64,000 nucleotides of DNA from an uncultured Gammaproteobacteria bacterium (GCA_964406795.1 CAYOTA010000003.1:49252-113251), one strand, 5' to 3'. Counted from the stretch's first letter, positions 39,243-48,964 are shown. Notes: a model not told the origin generated them from the letters alone. Program-made: numbers and translations.

Positions 39243-40613
39243 ATGTCAGAAAACCCACAAAGAACTTTAAACACAGAATGTCTTGAAAAAATTGGCCAAG
39301 AAGTGCAGCTGGAAGGCTGGGTGCAGGTGGTACGCGCACACGGAAAGATAGCGTTTATAGATTTAAGAGACAGAACAGGTATTATCCAGATTGGTGCATT
39401 TGAGGGTAGCTTGCCAGCTGAATTTGCAAAATTAGGCATGCAGGACGTGGTGAGAGTCTCAGGGCTTGTTAAAGCGCGTGGGGAAAAGTATGTAAATAAA
39501 AATTCGCTGCTTGGAACCATAGAGCTAGAGGCAAAAAGTCTTGAAATAATTCAAAAATCAGCAGAAATGCCATTTGATATGGGAGGGAAAGACTTAAATC
39601 TGGAGCTTCCCACACTACTTGATAATAGAGGGCTTACATTAAGACACCCTAAGGTTGCAGCAATTTTTAAAGTTCAGGAGACTGTAATTGATTCATTTAG
39701 AAAAGCACTTCAAGAGAAAGGTTTTACAGAATTTCAGGCACCAGTTATTATCCCCCAGGGAGCTGAAGGCGGCGCTGAAGTTTTTGAAGTAGACTACTTT
39801 GGCAAAAAAGCTTATTTATCCCAGAGTCCACAATTTTATAAGCAGATTTTGGTAGGTGTTTTTGAGCGAGTGTTTAGTGTTAACAAAACACTTCGCGCGG
39901 AACCATCCATTACAACCCGCCACTTGGCAGAGGCAACAACCCTTGACGCTGAGTTTGGATTTATTAACTCCTGGATAGATGTTTTGGATATGGCAGAGTA
40001 TGTTATTAGATATGTATTTGAAAAGGTAGCGCTTGAAAATGGGGCGGAGTTAGAAATGTATGGAGTAACAATTCCTCAAATTGCCTCAGAAATTCCAAGA
40101 ATAAAACTGAGAGAAGCACAAAAAATTATTTTAGAGCGAACGAGCAGAGATAATACAAATGAGCCTGATTTAACTCCTGAAGATGAGCGTGAGATTTGTA
40201 GATGGGCAACTGAGGAAAAAGGGTCAGAGTTGGTTTTTATAACTCACTATCCGGTTGAAAAGCGGCCATTTTACACATATGAAGACCCACAAGACCCGGG
40301 TTATACTCTGAGTGCTGATTTAATTGGACGCGGAACTGAGTGGATGACTGGAGGTCAAAGAATTCACACATTAGAAAAGTTAGTAGAAAATGCAAAAAAG
40401 CGCGGAATTGGTTTGGAGAAGAGTGAATTATATTTTCAAGCATTCAAATATGGAATGCCGCCTGAAGGTGGATTTTCATTTGGTTCAGAGCGTGTCACCA
40501 TGCACATTTTAGGCCTACAAAATGTCAGGGAAGCAAGCTTATTCCCTCGGGATATGGAAAGAGTTGATACTAGATTTTCTGCCTACCATGAAGAAAAAGA
40601 CAAAAAAGTATAA
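39243..40613 (+). CDS. aspS: Aspartate--tRNA ligase, archaeal/eukaryal-type (class II)
   Basis: Class II motifs incl. FRAE...RHLAE, QSPQFYKQ, GGQRIH; 456 aa with N-terminal OB fold. Confidence 0.75.
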   Translation: MSENPQRTLNTECLEKIGQEVQLEGWVQVVRAHGKIAFIDLRDRTGIIQIGAFEGSLPAEFAKLGMQDVVRVSGLVKARGEKYVNKNSLLGTIELEAKSLEIIQKSAEMPFDMGGKDLNLELPTLLDNRGLTLRHPKVAAIFKVQETVIDSFRKALQEKGFTEFQAPVIIPQGAEGGAEVFEVDYFGKKAYLSQSPQFYKQILVGVFERVFSVNKTLRAEPSITTRHLAEATTLDAEFGFINSWIDVLDMAEYVIRYVFEKVALENGAELEMYGVTIPQIASEIPRIKLREAQKIILERTSRDNTNEPDLTPEDEREICRWATEEKGSELVFITHYPVEKRPFYTYEDPQDPGYTLSADLIGRGTEWMTGGQRIHTLEKLVENAKKRGIGLEKSELYFQAFKYGMPPEGGFSFGSERVTMHILGLQNVREASLFPRDMERVDTRFSAYHEEKDKKV

Positions 40614-41568
40614 GAAAAAAATAGAACCCGTTTTCACTCCCACTATTGAAGCAAAAAGCTCTCTTAACCCGCTTATTATTGTAGTCTCAACACTAATAGT
40701 TTTATTAATTGCGGTAGTTATCCTCATACTGCTTCTATTGCTTCAAGTAAGGTTTAATAAAATTGAGCCAATTCCAATACGAGCTACAAATGGGGTAAAT
40801 TTTTCGTATTTTGTTAAAAGGCCCGATGCTCTAGCGTCTGCAAAAGCACTTATAGTGTATGACGCAAATGAAAATGTTTCATTGCTTTCAAAAAATGAAA
40901 ATGTGCGGTTTGCTCCTGCTTCAACCGCCAAAATTATGTCAGCACTTGTTGTACTTGATCATTACGCTTTGGATGATGTGCTTGAATACTCTCAAATTTT
41001 GGCTGGAGTTGATAATTCCAAAATGGGTTTATTTTTAAATGAGCGAATGAGTGTACGAAATTTAATATACGGTATGATGCTGCCTTCTGGAAATGATGCG
41101 GCTCAGCTTTTGGCGCGTAATTATCCGGGAGGGGTTGAGGGTTTTGTTTTGGCAATGAATAAAAAAGCAAGGGAGTTAGGACTTTCCAATACGCTTTTTG
41201 TTGATCCAGCAGGGTACAAAGATGAAAACTATTCCACCGCATATGATTTGGCTCGTTTAGGCTCAAAGGCCCTTGAAGATCCCTTTTTGTCTGAGGTAAT
41301 AAAGACAAGGAGTGTGACTGTGTATGATAATTCAGGTACTATTCCTCATGTTCTTGAAAACTTAAATGAGTTGCTTGAAATTCCTGGTGTAAATGGTATT
41401 AAAACCGGCTTCACAAATGAGGCAGAGGGCGTGCTAACTACTTCGTTTTTACACAACGCAAAACAATATGTAATAGTAGTTTTAAGAAGTAAGGATAGAT
41501 TTGCTGATACAAGAGAACTTATCAATGGAATTATAAATGATTTGAAAAGTGAGCAGGTAAAGCTTTAA
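40588..41568 (+). CDS. D-alanyl-D-alanine carboxypeptidase (PBP5/6-like, peptidase S11)
   Basis: SxxK motif ASTAK, SGN motif LPSGND, KTG motif; start at internal Met (track 40522) overlapping aspS tail. Confidence 0.7.
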   Translation: MKKKTKKYKKKIEPVFTPTIEAKSSLNPLIIVVSTLIVLLIAVVILILLLLLQVRFNKIEPIPIRATNGVNFSYFVKRPDALASAKALIVYDANENVSLLSKNENVRFAPASTAKIMSALVVLDHYALDDVLEYSQILAGVDNSKMGLFLNERMSVRNLIYGMMLPSGNDAAQLLARNYPGGVEGFVLAMNKKARELGLSNTLFVDPAGYKDENYSTAYDLARLGSKALEDPFLSEVIKTRSVTVYDNSGTIPHVLENLNELLEIPGVNGIKTGFTNEAEGVLTTSFLHNAKQYVIVVLRSKDRFADTRELINGIINDLKSEQVKL

Positions 41569-42587
41569 TTTCTAACAGCCGGGACGTATGCTTCAAAGTT
41601 ATCCAACCCCTTAAACACCACTATTGGTAGGAGATATTCTTGAGTGTCAGTATTATTTAAATAGTAGCCAAGCAAAACTTCAGTAATTCCTATAGATTTA
41701 TTTTCGGTTGGTTTTACTATGTAGCCCTTTCCACTCATTAATTCATCATAGGCCTCCTGAGCCGTTTTTATGTAGTAGGTTGACCCTTCTGAGAGGTTGG
41801 GGGTGAAGTGATGGTATGATGCTTCAACGACGTTAGGATCTCGTTCCAGGAGTGCTAGTGTAAAATATAATGTGCTTCCTGTTTCAGAAGGATAATAAAT
41901 AGGAAGATCATTTACGTTTTTTTGAAACAGCTCAAGACGTGCCAACGGTGCCGTGTCAGTATCGGTAGTTGGAACCATACCGGATGATGAGGGAATATAA
42001 TAACTAACTGTTGTTTTTTCTGTGTTAATATCATCAATATTTCCACCTAGGGAAGAAATAAATGCTGTCGCCACACTCATGAGATCACTTTTGCTAAATC
42101 CACCCATTGGCAAGAAACTTGCAGAATTTGCAAATGTTGTAGTTACTGAAAAGTTTAAATTATAAATTTCATAAAACAAGCTAGTGTCCAAGCTGGGGTT
42201 ATTCCATTTATACTCAGATGTTGAAAGTGCTTGTTCACCGTCGGTATATCCAATTGCTGCCGCTTTTACTTTTGCGTCAGGAAGTGCAGTAATTGTGGGC
42301 TCACTTTTTTTAAGTTTATAAATAGGAAGAGTAGTTGGGAATGTAGGAAGAAATCCGGTAACCGTTTCAATCCTATATTCAAATCCCTCATTGTTTTCCA
42401 GAGGAAACCCAATAGAAGGTAGTATTCCAAATTTTGCTTCAGCAGGAGCAGGTGGGTCAGGAAAATAAACATTTTTCACAAATTGTCCACCTTTAAACAA
42501 GAAAAACCCAATAACACCCAATACGCCTACTACGGCAGCTACCTTAAGGAAAATTCTTGTATCTTTTGTGACTTCAACAAGCGACAT
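41565..42587 (-). CDS. Hypothetical membrane-anchored extracytoplasmic protein
   Basis: N-terminal TM helix, 340 aa, convergent 4-nt overlap with dacA-like gene. Confidence 0.35.
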   Translation of the reverse strand: MSLVEVTKDTRIFLKVAAVVGVLGVIGFFLFKGGQFVKNVYFPDPPAPAEAKFGILPSIGFPLENNEGFEYRIETVTGFLPTFPTTLPIYKLKKSEPTITALPDAKVKAAAIGYTDGEQALSTSEYKWNNPSLDTSLFYEIYNLNFSVTTTFANSASFLPMGGFSKSDLMSVATAFISSLGGNIDDINTEKTTVSYYIPSSSGMVPTTDTDTAPLARLELFQKNVNDLPIYYPSETGSTLYFTLALLERDPNVVEASYHHFTPNLSEGSTYYIKTAQEAYDELMSGKGYIVKPTENKSIGITEVLLGYYLNNTDTQEYLLPIVVFKGLDNFEAYVPAVRN

Positions 42588-42637
42588 AAATAGGGATATA
42601 TTGAGTATAGGTGAAATTTTGAGTAAAATGCAAGGTA

Positions 42638-43852
42638 ATGGTAAAAGTTAGATTCGCACCATCGCCTACCGGAATCCCACATGTGGGAAACATACGGACT
42701 GCATTATTTGATTTTTGTTTTGCAAAAGCAAACGGCGGGATTTTTGTGCTGCGAATTGAAGATACAGATCAGGCACGGAAAATAGAAGGAGCAGTGGACA
42801 AAATACAGGAGTCACTTGCCTGGCTTGGAGCATCATGGGATGAATTTGTAACACAGTCGGAAAGACTGGATGTATATAAAAAACATGCTCAGGAATTGGT
42901 AGAAAAGGGGCTAGCCCGCGAAGATGATGGTGCTATTAGATTTGTTACCCCAAGTGACGGAAAAACTTCATGGGTGGACGCCATAGGAAACAAAGAGATA
43001 GTGTTTGAAAATAAAGATGTGGAGGATTTTATTATTCTTAAGAAAGATGGGTTTCCTACATATCATTTAGCCAATGTTATTGATGACCACATAATGGAGA
43101 TAACACATGTAATTAGAGGTGAGGACTGGATTTCTTCAGCACCTAAACACATTATGTTGTATGAAGCGTTTGGATGGAATGCTCCTGTTTTTGCACATGT
43201 ACCAAATGTGTTGGGAACGGACGGGAAAAAACTATCTAAGAGAAAAGGCGCCAAGTCTGTCTTAGATTTTAAAACGGAAGGGATACTGCCCGAGGCACTT
43301 TTTAATTACTTAATGCTTTTGGGGTGGTCCCCTAAAAATGACCGCGAAATACTACAGCGTTTTGAGATTGAAAAGGAATTTAAGCTGGAAAACATTAACA
43401 CCGCTCCCGCCATTTTTGATGAAAGAAAGCTTTTGTGGATGAATGGGGAATATATTAGGGAAATGGTACTTGAAGATCTTAAAAAGAGACTCCTCGAGTT
43501 TAATCCAAGTTTTACTCAAGTAGAGAACTTTGATAAGTTAGTTTTTTGGGCTCAGACAAGGATGAAGACACTTGCTGATTTTGCAAATTTTGTTATTGAG
43601 GATGAAAATGTAGCTCTAAACGACAAACAGGAACTTCTTCGAAAAGAATTATTGAGCGACTATTCAAATTTAGAGAGTTGGACAAGTCAACATATTTTGG
43701 AAATTTCCTTAGAAGCTCGAAATAAAGTTGGAGCCAGCACAAAAGACATATACATAGTTTTAACGGGACGTTCGACTGGATTGCCATTTAATGAAAAAAT
43801 TGTAATTGATGGGAGAGAAAAAACATTGAGTCGATTAAGAAATAAAACATGA
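42638..43852 (+). CDS. gltX: Glutamate--tRNA ligase (short form)
   Basis: PSPTGIPHVGNIRTALF HIGH-type motif and KLSKRKG; 404 aa. Confidence 0.85.
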   Translation: MVKVRFAPSPTGIPHVGNIRTALFDFCFAKANGGIFVLRIEDTDQARKIEGAVDKIQESLAWLGASWDEFVTQSERLDVYKKHAQELVEKGLAREDDGAIRFVTPSDGKTSWVDAIGNKEIVFENKDVEDFIILKKDGFPTYHLANVIDDHIMEITHVIRGEDWISSAPKHIMLYEAFGWNAPVFAHVPNVLGTDGKKLSKRKGAKSVLDFKTEGILPEALFNYLMLLGWSPKNDREILQRFEIEKEFKLENINTAPAIFDERKLLWMNGEYIREMVLEDLKKRLLEFNPSFTQVENFDKLVFWAQTRMKTLADFANFVIEDENVALNDKQELLRKELLSDYSNLESWTSQHILEISLEARNKVGASTKDIYIVLTGRSTGLPFNEKIVIDGREKTLSRLRNKT

Positions 43853-44445
43853 TTACATTTGCGGCGCAGGTCATATCTGTCTTATTTCATCCTGCAGTAA
43901 TTTCTATAGCAACCCCCATCGTTTTGATGTTTTTTATTCAGCGTGAAGTACCTTATCACATTTTTTGGTTTTTCTTCCCACTTATATTTGTAGGAATAGT
44001 TATTCTTTTTACGTACGTTGGTGTTAGAACTAAGTTGTTTTCTGACTTTGACGTGACAAAAAGATCCGAGAGAAAACCTCTTTATTTTTTTGTAATTATT
44101 ATCTCTCTTTTATATATTGCATTATTGTTTTTCTTTCAAGGCCCTAAGTCATTAATAGTTTTGGGGGTGGGGGTGTTAACAGGAGCCATTATATTTGAGT
44201 TGGTAAATAAAAAACTTAAGGCAAGTATTCATGTGGCAGCCGTTTCTGCATTTTTCTGTGTTTTAGCACTATTGTATGGGGGAATTTTTTTCTTTTTCCC
44301 GTTACTTATACCCGTAATAGCATGGTCCAGAATTCACATGAAGCGGCATACATTTTCTGAGGCGGTGGTTGGGGGAAGTGTAGGGATCGGGTTAACGCTT
44401 GTAATGTATCTTATGGTAGAATACATACTATACTTATATGGTTGA
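43849..44445 (+). CDS. PAP2-family membrane phosphatase (possible undecaprenyl-diphosphatase)
   Basis: Six TM helices; SRIHMKRHTFSE resembles PAP2 motif 3. Confidence 0.45.
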   Translation: MITFAAQVISVLFHPAVISIATPIVLMFFIQREVPYHIFWFFFPLIFVGIVILFTYVGVRTKLFSDFDVTKRSERKPLYFFVIIISLLYIALLFFFQGPKSLIVLGVGVLTGAIIFELVNKKLKASIHVAAVSAFFCVLALLYGGIFFFFPLLIPVIAWSRIHMKRHTFSEAVVGGSVGIGLTLVMYLMVEYILYLYG

Positions 44446-44803
44446 GCATAGAACACTCATGAAGTCATTCCAATACGCATCCGAAGGCATATGGTTTGCG
44501 ATAAAAGATAATCAAAACATGCGTTTGCATCTTTTGGCGGCAGTTGTGGTGGTAATTTTAGCAATTATTTTTAAAGTAGGGGCGTTTGAAATGGGGATCT
44601 TGGGAGTTATGATACTACTCGTATTATGTACTGAAATGATAAACACTTCTATTGAAGAGATGACAAATTTAATTTCCAGGGAACACAGTAAGGAAGCGAA
44701 AATTGCTAAAGATGTTTCTGCAGGAATGGTATTGTTAACTTCAGTGGGTTCTGTAATTGTGGGAATTTTAGTATTTCTTCCCTACGTTCTTAAATTCTTC
44801 TAA
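44438..44803 (+). CDS. dgkA: Diacylglycerol/undecaprenol kinase DgkA family
   Basis: 121 aa, three TM helices, conserved E...N...E/D pattern of prokaryotic DAGK. Confidence 0.75.
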   Translation: MVEHRTLMKSFQYASEGIWFAIKDNQNMRLHLLAAVVVVILAIIFKVGAFEMGILGVMILLVLCTEMINTSIEEMTNLISREHSKEAKIAKDVSAGMVLLTSVGSVIVGILVFLPYVLKFF

Positions 44804-45057
44804 TTTTTTACTTCATTTTTGGTGTCTGTACTTGTTAGCGCAATAATTTCTGAAAGTTTTTTTACAAACTTTCTGGCGTGTTCCTTGCTCATTCCAATGC
44901 GAGTTACTACCTGATATTGATTTGGTGAAGCTCCTTTTTGGCACACATCTATAATAACCCCATCATCATTCACATTCATGAAAACCATATCCGTATAAAG
45001 AATCGGAATATTTGGCATATTCACGTGAATATTTTGTTCCTCTTTTTGTTTTGCCAT
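44800..45057 (-). CDS. DUF3467 family protein
   Basis: INMPNIPILYTDMVFMNVNDDGVIIDVCQ matches DUF3467 core; start at internal Met (track 45156). Confidence 0.5.
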   Translation of the reverse strand: MAKQKEEQNIHVNMPNIPILYTDMVFMNVNDDGVIIDVCQKGASPNQYQVVTRIGMSKEHARKFVKKLSEIIALTSTDTKNEVKN

Positions 45058-45058
45058 A

Positions 45059-45385
45059 TTAGTGTATTGCGGATCCATTTGGGACTGGAAATTCAGGTGA
45101 CAAAAGAACCGTTCCGTTTTCATTATCTGTCGCCAGCAACATGCCTTGGGACTCAAGACCCATTATTTGTCTTGGCTCTAGGTTTACAATAAATAACGCT
45201 TGTTTTCCCACTAGCTCTTCTGGGGTAAAAGATTTTTGTATTCCTGAAAGTATTTGTCTGCTTCCCAAATCCGGCCCAAAGTCTACCATTTCTTTATAGA
45301 GCTTTTCTGAGCCTTCTACTGCTTCAACAGAAATAAATGTTCCAACCCTCATATCCAGTTTTTGTAAGTCATCAATGGTCGCCAT
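45059..45385 (-). CDS. tRNA-binding domain protein (CsaA/MetRS C-terminal-like)
   Basis: DLQKLDMRVGTFISVE...GSEKLY OB-fold tRNA-binding signature; start at internal Met. Confidence 0.65.
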   Translation of the reverse strand: MATIDDLQKLDMRVGTFISVEAVEGSEKLYKEMVDFGPDLGSRQILSGIQKSFTPEELVGKQALFIVNLEPRQIMGLESQGMLLATDNENGTVLLSPEFPVPNGSAIH

Positions 45386-45430
45386 ACGCCTATTGTACCA
45401 TAGAGGGGTATGGCGTGATATAATAAAAGC

Positions 45431-46435
45431 ATGGAAGCAGTTGAGCACAGTTTAAAGCACTACTTTATTAAAAACCAGATCGTGGCAGCACTTATCTTGG
45501 TTTTGGTGGGATGGTTTATTCTGCAAATAAAAGAAATACTTATCCTTTTCTTTATTGCGTATATTTTGATGGCAGCACTTATGCCATATGTTAAAGTTCT
45601 TAACAGGAATAGGGTACCACGTGTTTTAGCCTCAGGTATTGTGTATGTCATCACATTATTTTTAGTTGTATTGTTAGTTGTTCCAATCGTTCCCTTTTTT
45701 GTGTCCCAAATGCAGTCACTATTCTTAAACCTTCCGGTATTTATAAATGATTTTTCCAAAGTCATTGGTTTTCAATTTGAGGCATCAAACTTGCAGGATT
45801 ATGCAACTTCGCAGCTGGGCAGTATTAGTGCAAGTGCAGTGGCCATTACAACCCAGGCGTTCTCCATAATATTTTCTCTTATTTTAGTATTTGTTTTGTC
45901 ATTTTACCTTATGATAGATCAGAGTCGAGTACGGCGCGAGCTAGTGTCTATTTTTCCAAAAAAACAGGAAGAAAAAATCTTATCAGTAATAGAGCTTATT
46001 GAGGACAAGTTAGGAGCATGGTTTAGAGGGCAAATTACACTTTGTATTTTTATAGGGTTTTTAACATGGGTAGTATTAACAGTTATTGGAATTCCGTTTG
46101 CACTCCCGCTCGCTATTTTAGCTGGTATACTTGAAATTATTCCAACCCTGGGTCCCATATTGTCAGCAGTTCCTGCGGTTATCGTGGCGCTTTCTATTTC
46201 TCCTGTTACAGCTCTCATAGTTGTTATTGCGTATGTGATTATTCAAATGCTGGAAAATAACTTGCTGGTTCCAAAAATCATGCAGAAAGCTGTGGGTCTC
46301 AATCCCATTGTTATTATACTAGTTATCACTATAGGAGCTAAACTTCTGGGAATATTAGGAGCACTTTTGGCAATTCCATTTGTGGCAATGCTTATTATCA
46401 TCTTTAAGCACGTAAGAAGTGCCAAAATTTCTTAA
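45431..46435 (+). CDS. AI-2E family transporter (PerM-like permease)
   Basis: 334 aa, 8 TM helices, typical AI-2E layout. Confidence 0.7.
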   Translation: MEAVEHSLKHYFIKNQIVAALILVLVGWFILQIKEILILFFIAYILMAALMPYVKVLNRNRVPRVLASGIVYVITLFLVVLLVVPIVPFFVSQMQSLFLNLPVFINDFSKVIGFQFEASNLQDYATSQLGSISASAVAITTQAFSIIFSLILVFVLSFYLMIDQSRVRRELVSIFPKKQEEKILSVIELIEDKLGAWFRGQITLCIFIGFLTWVVLTVIGIPFALPLAILAGILEIIPTLGPILSAVPAVIVALSISPVTALIVVIAYVIIQMLENNLLVPKIMQKAVGLNPIVIILVITIGAKLLGILGALLAIPFVAMLIIIFKHVRSAKIS

Positions 46436-46451
46436 TTCTCTCTTTTACCTA

Positions 46452-46481
46452 CTTGATTTTTAATCTTCGCATTCATATAAT
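46452..46481 (+). promoter_or_regulatory. Sigma70-like promoter (TTGATT-17-TATAAT) for winged-helix gene
   Basis: Read directly; about 55 nt upstream of ATG. Confidence 0.4.
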
Positions 46482-46536
46482 TCTGCTACTGCTTAAATCA
46501 CTCTAACTTTCCTCTGCCCGGAGAAATTACGGGCTT

Positions 46537-46824
46537 ATGAAAGACACAATTGAAATAGATCTTAAATCAAAAACTGCAGTCAGAAGCGGCAAAAAGATTA
46601 AATTATCCCCTAAAGAATGTAAGCTTCTTTTTTACTTCATAGAAAATAAAGACACAGTTGTAGAACGTAAAAAGATTCTCAAACACATTTGGAAATATGC
46701 CCCAGATATTGAGACGAGAGTAGTTGACGTATATGTAGGATACTTAAGACGAAAAATTGACGGCGGATTTTCTCACAAATTAATACACTCAGTCAGAGGA
46801 GTTGGATATACCTTCAGAGATTAG
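46537..46824 (+). CDS. Stand-alone OmpR/PhoB-type winged-helix DNA-binding domain protein (no receiver domain)
   Basis: VDVYVGYLRRKI...IHSVRGVGYTF trans_reg_C signature; 95 aa. Confidence 0.55.
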   Translation: MKDTIEIDLKSKTAVRSGKKIKLSPKECKLLFYFIENKDTVVERKKILKHIWKYAPDIETRVVDVYVGYLRRKIDGGFSHKLIHSVRGVGYTFRD

Positions 46825-46849
46825 TGAGCCTTTAATAAATTCCCAAAAG

Positions 46850-46883
46850 AAAACGAGCAGGCTTTATTAGCATGCTCGTTTTT
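46850..46883. terminator. Rho-independent terminator (aaaacgagca-N13-tgctcgtttt + T-run), bidirectional
   Basis: 10-bp stem read directly, 26 nt after stop of 46537..46824, also downstream of convergent 46947..47144 gene. Confidence 0.5.
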
Positions 46884-46946
46884 GATGTACTCAACTTAAA
46901 GTTTCGCGCCTTTGCATTGCAAAAGAACGAAACTACAAAACCTGAA

Positions 46947-47144
46947 TTACATACTAGGCTGTGCAGGTGGAGTTTGTTCTTCTCCGCCAGTTGTTGGTGC
47001 TTCTTCTCCATGAGCTGGTGCTTCTGGAGCAGGTGTTCCACCTCCCATTCCTCCTTGGTCTCCTGCTGGAGTGGTTGGTTCTGGTGTAGAAGTCATTCCT
47101 CCTTGGTCTCCTTGTGTTGGGTTTGTTTGTCCTTGATCGTCCAT
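46947..47144 (-). CDS. Small acidic Gly/Pro/Thr-rich disordered protein
   Basis: Strong RBS GGAGGTGA 8 nt upstream of ATG; GDQGGM repeats; GC-richer than surroundings; antisense + ORF 46872..47222 rejected. Confidence 0.4.
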   Translation of the reverse strand: MDDQGQTNPTQGDQGGMTSTPEPTTPAGDQGGMGGGTPAPEAPAHGEEAPTTGGEEQTPPAQPSM

Positions 47145-47195
47145 AATATTAATTCACCTCCTATCTTTTTTGAAACTATTTTATTAATTTCAATT

Positions 47196-47210
47196 TGTAA
47201 CATTGTTACA
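47196..47210. promoter_or_regulatory. 15-bp palindrome TGTAACA-T-TGTTACA in promoter region of acidic small gene
   Basis: Perfect 7-bp inverted arms read directly, about 52 nt upstream of the minus-strand ATG. Confidence 0.3.
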
Positions 47211-47257
47211 CATAATTGTTAACTCTGCAATACGTTTGTGTAAAATATATGTAAGAA

Positions 47258-48964
47258 TCAGTCCCTTTTGAGGTTCATCTGATTTTCGATTGTTGTTATA
47301 ACATTTTGAGATTTATAGTCTGGAAAAATTTCATAAGATTTTTTTGCATAGAGTAACGCTTCAGTTAGATTTTCTTGTTCATAATATGCAAGTGAAAGTG
47401 TAAGAAATAATGTTGCGGAAAAAGGATAAATTTTTAATGCAGGTTTAATGAATTCTATTGCCTCCTTATATTTTTTACTCAACACTAAAACACGTGCAAT
47501 ATTTTCATAAACCGGGAGTCGTTTATTTTTAGCAAAAGCCTTTCTGTAGTATACTAGTGCTTTTGTATAATTTTTCTTATCTTCCTCTATAACTCCTAAA
47601 TTATTGTAAGCAATCCATAGATTTGGATTAATTGTGAGCGCATTTCTGAAGTGTATTTCGGCATTCTTAAGATCTCCCATTTTAAAATATTCATCACCCA
47701 GGTTATTTTCCATGAGTGCACTCTGGGCTCTATAGGTGTCATTACTATAAAGAGTGAATGCATCTTTCCATTCCATATTTCTAGTAAATGTTCTTGTGCT
47801 TAGGATCAAGCATGCTGCAATTACAATTGTGAAAATGAGTGTTTGTCTTTTTTTATATTTTGTATAAATATACTGAAGTCCTATGCCACCTATCCCAATA
47901 AGCCCAACTGATGAGAAATAGAACCATCTGTCGGCCACAGTAGCATCAAGCGCTATGATTTGCATGTGTGGAAGAATACCAATAAAAAACCATATAGAGA
48001 AAAACAAAAAAAGAATGAATGATTTTGATTTTTTAAAAAAAAGCAAGAAGTTTGCACATAGTATTGATGATATAAAAATGACGCTCCCAATAAGCGGAAA
48101 TATAACATTTTGTATCTGAAATTCTTTTAAAATCCATTGTTGATTAAAGGTTAGAATATTTGGGTAAAAAAAAGTTTTTATATAGTAAAAGAATAGAAGT
48201 GGTGCATGTTGTAGTCGTTTTATAGCAGGTATCTGGGACATGGGGGACGGTTCAATCCAAAATACGCTTGTTCCCTGAGACATAATTCTAAAAAAGAAAT
48301 AGACAACTATAGTGCTTAAGAACACAATTAGATATTTTTTATAATCAGTTTTTTTGAATAAAATTACATACATAACACTGATTAAGAAAAATAAAATTCC
48401 TGTTTCTTTTGATAACAGTGAGCACAAAAGAAGTAAACCAGAAACCACAATTTGTTTTGTACTTTTAGCATTTGAAATAAGAATAAGTGCTGACATCCCA
48501 AAGACAAAAAACAAAATCTCCTGAATATTTGAAACATATGCCATCGTTTCCTGGTTTATTGGATGAATAAGAAAGATAAGGGTACCAAAAAACGCAATTT
48601 CCTGTTTTAAAAATTTTTTTAAAAAAATATAAACAAGAAATGAATTTATTATTCCTAAAATAATTTGAGGTGTGTGATAGAAAAATGGATGTATACCAAA
48701 AAATATACGCGTTGTATAGAAATAAAGTAGCATAAGCGGTTTGTAGTAGCCACTCAAAATGCTGCCGTTGTGTTCCAGTACTTCGTGATGATAGAAAAAT
48801 ACCTTGGGTAGGTCAATAAAGTTATTCACGAGTCCGTAATTATAGATTTGTTCTTTATCATCCCCCACGAATCCATTAAAAAACACGCTTATATAAACGG
48901 TAACACCAATAATTAGTAATGTGAGAAATACGTTGGCGTTGCTTGCTTTTTTCAAAAATTCCAT
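47258..48964 (-). CDS. TMTC-like membrane protein: GT-C/DUF1736-type polytopic N-domain with C-terminal TPR repeats
   Basis: N-terminal FVGDDKEQI motif, >8 TM helices, C-terminal TPR-like repeats (LGDEYFKMGDLKNAEIHFRNAL...). Confidence 0.55.
   Translation of the reverse strand: MEFLKKASNANVFLTLLIIGVTVYISVFFNGFVGDDKEQIYNYGLVNNFIDLPKVFFYHHEVLEHNGSILSGYYKPLMLLYFYTTRIFFGIHPFFYHTPQIILGIINSFLVYIFLKKFLKQEIAFFGTLIFLIHPINQETMAYVSNIQEILFFVFGMSALILISNAKSTKQIVVSGLLLLCSLLSKETGILFFLISVMYVILFKKTDYKKYLIVFLSTIVVYFFFRIMSQGTSVFWIEPSPMSQIPAIKRLQHAPLLFFYYIKTFFYPNILTFNQQWILKEFQIQNVIFPLIGSVIFISSILCANFLLFFKKSKSFILFLFFSIWFFIGILPHMQIIALDATVADRWFYFSSVGLIGIGGIGLQYIYTKYKKRQTLIFTIVIAACLILSTRTFTRNMEWKDAFTLYSNDTYRAQSALMENNLGDEYFKMGDLKNAEIHFRNALTINPNLWIAYNNLGVIEEDKKNYTKALVYYRKAFAKNKRLPVYENIARVLVLSKKYKEAIEFIKPALKIYPFSATLFLTLSLAYYEQENLTEALLYAKKSYEIFPDYKSQNVITTIENQMNLKRD

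Noticed and set aside
46872-47222. Plus-strand 116-aa Cys/Trp-rich ORF
   Set aside because: Antisense to the minus-strand acidic ORF, which has a consensus RBS; the plus frame has no RBS and an implausible composition.
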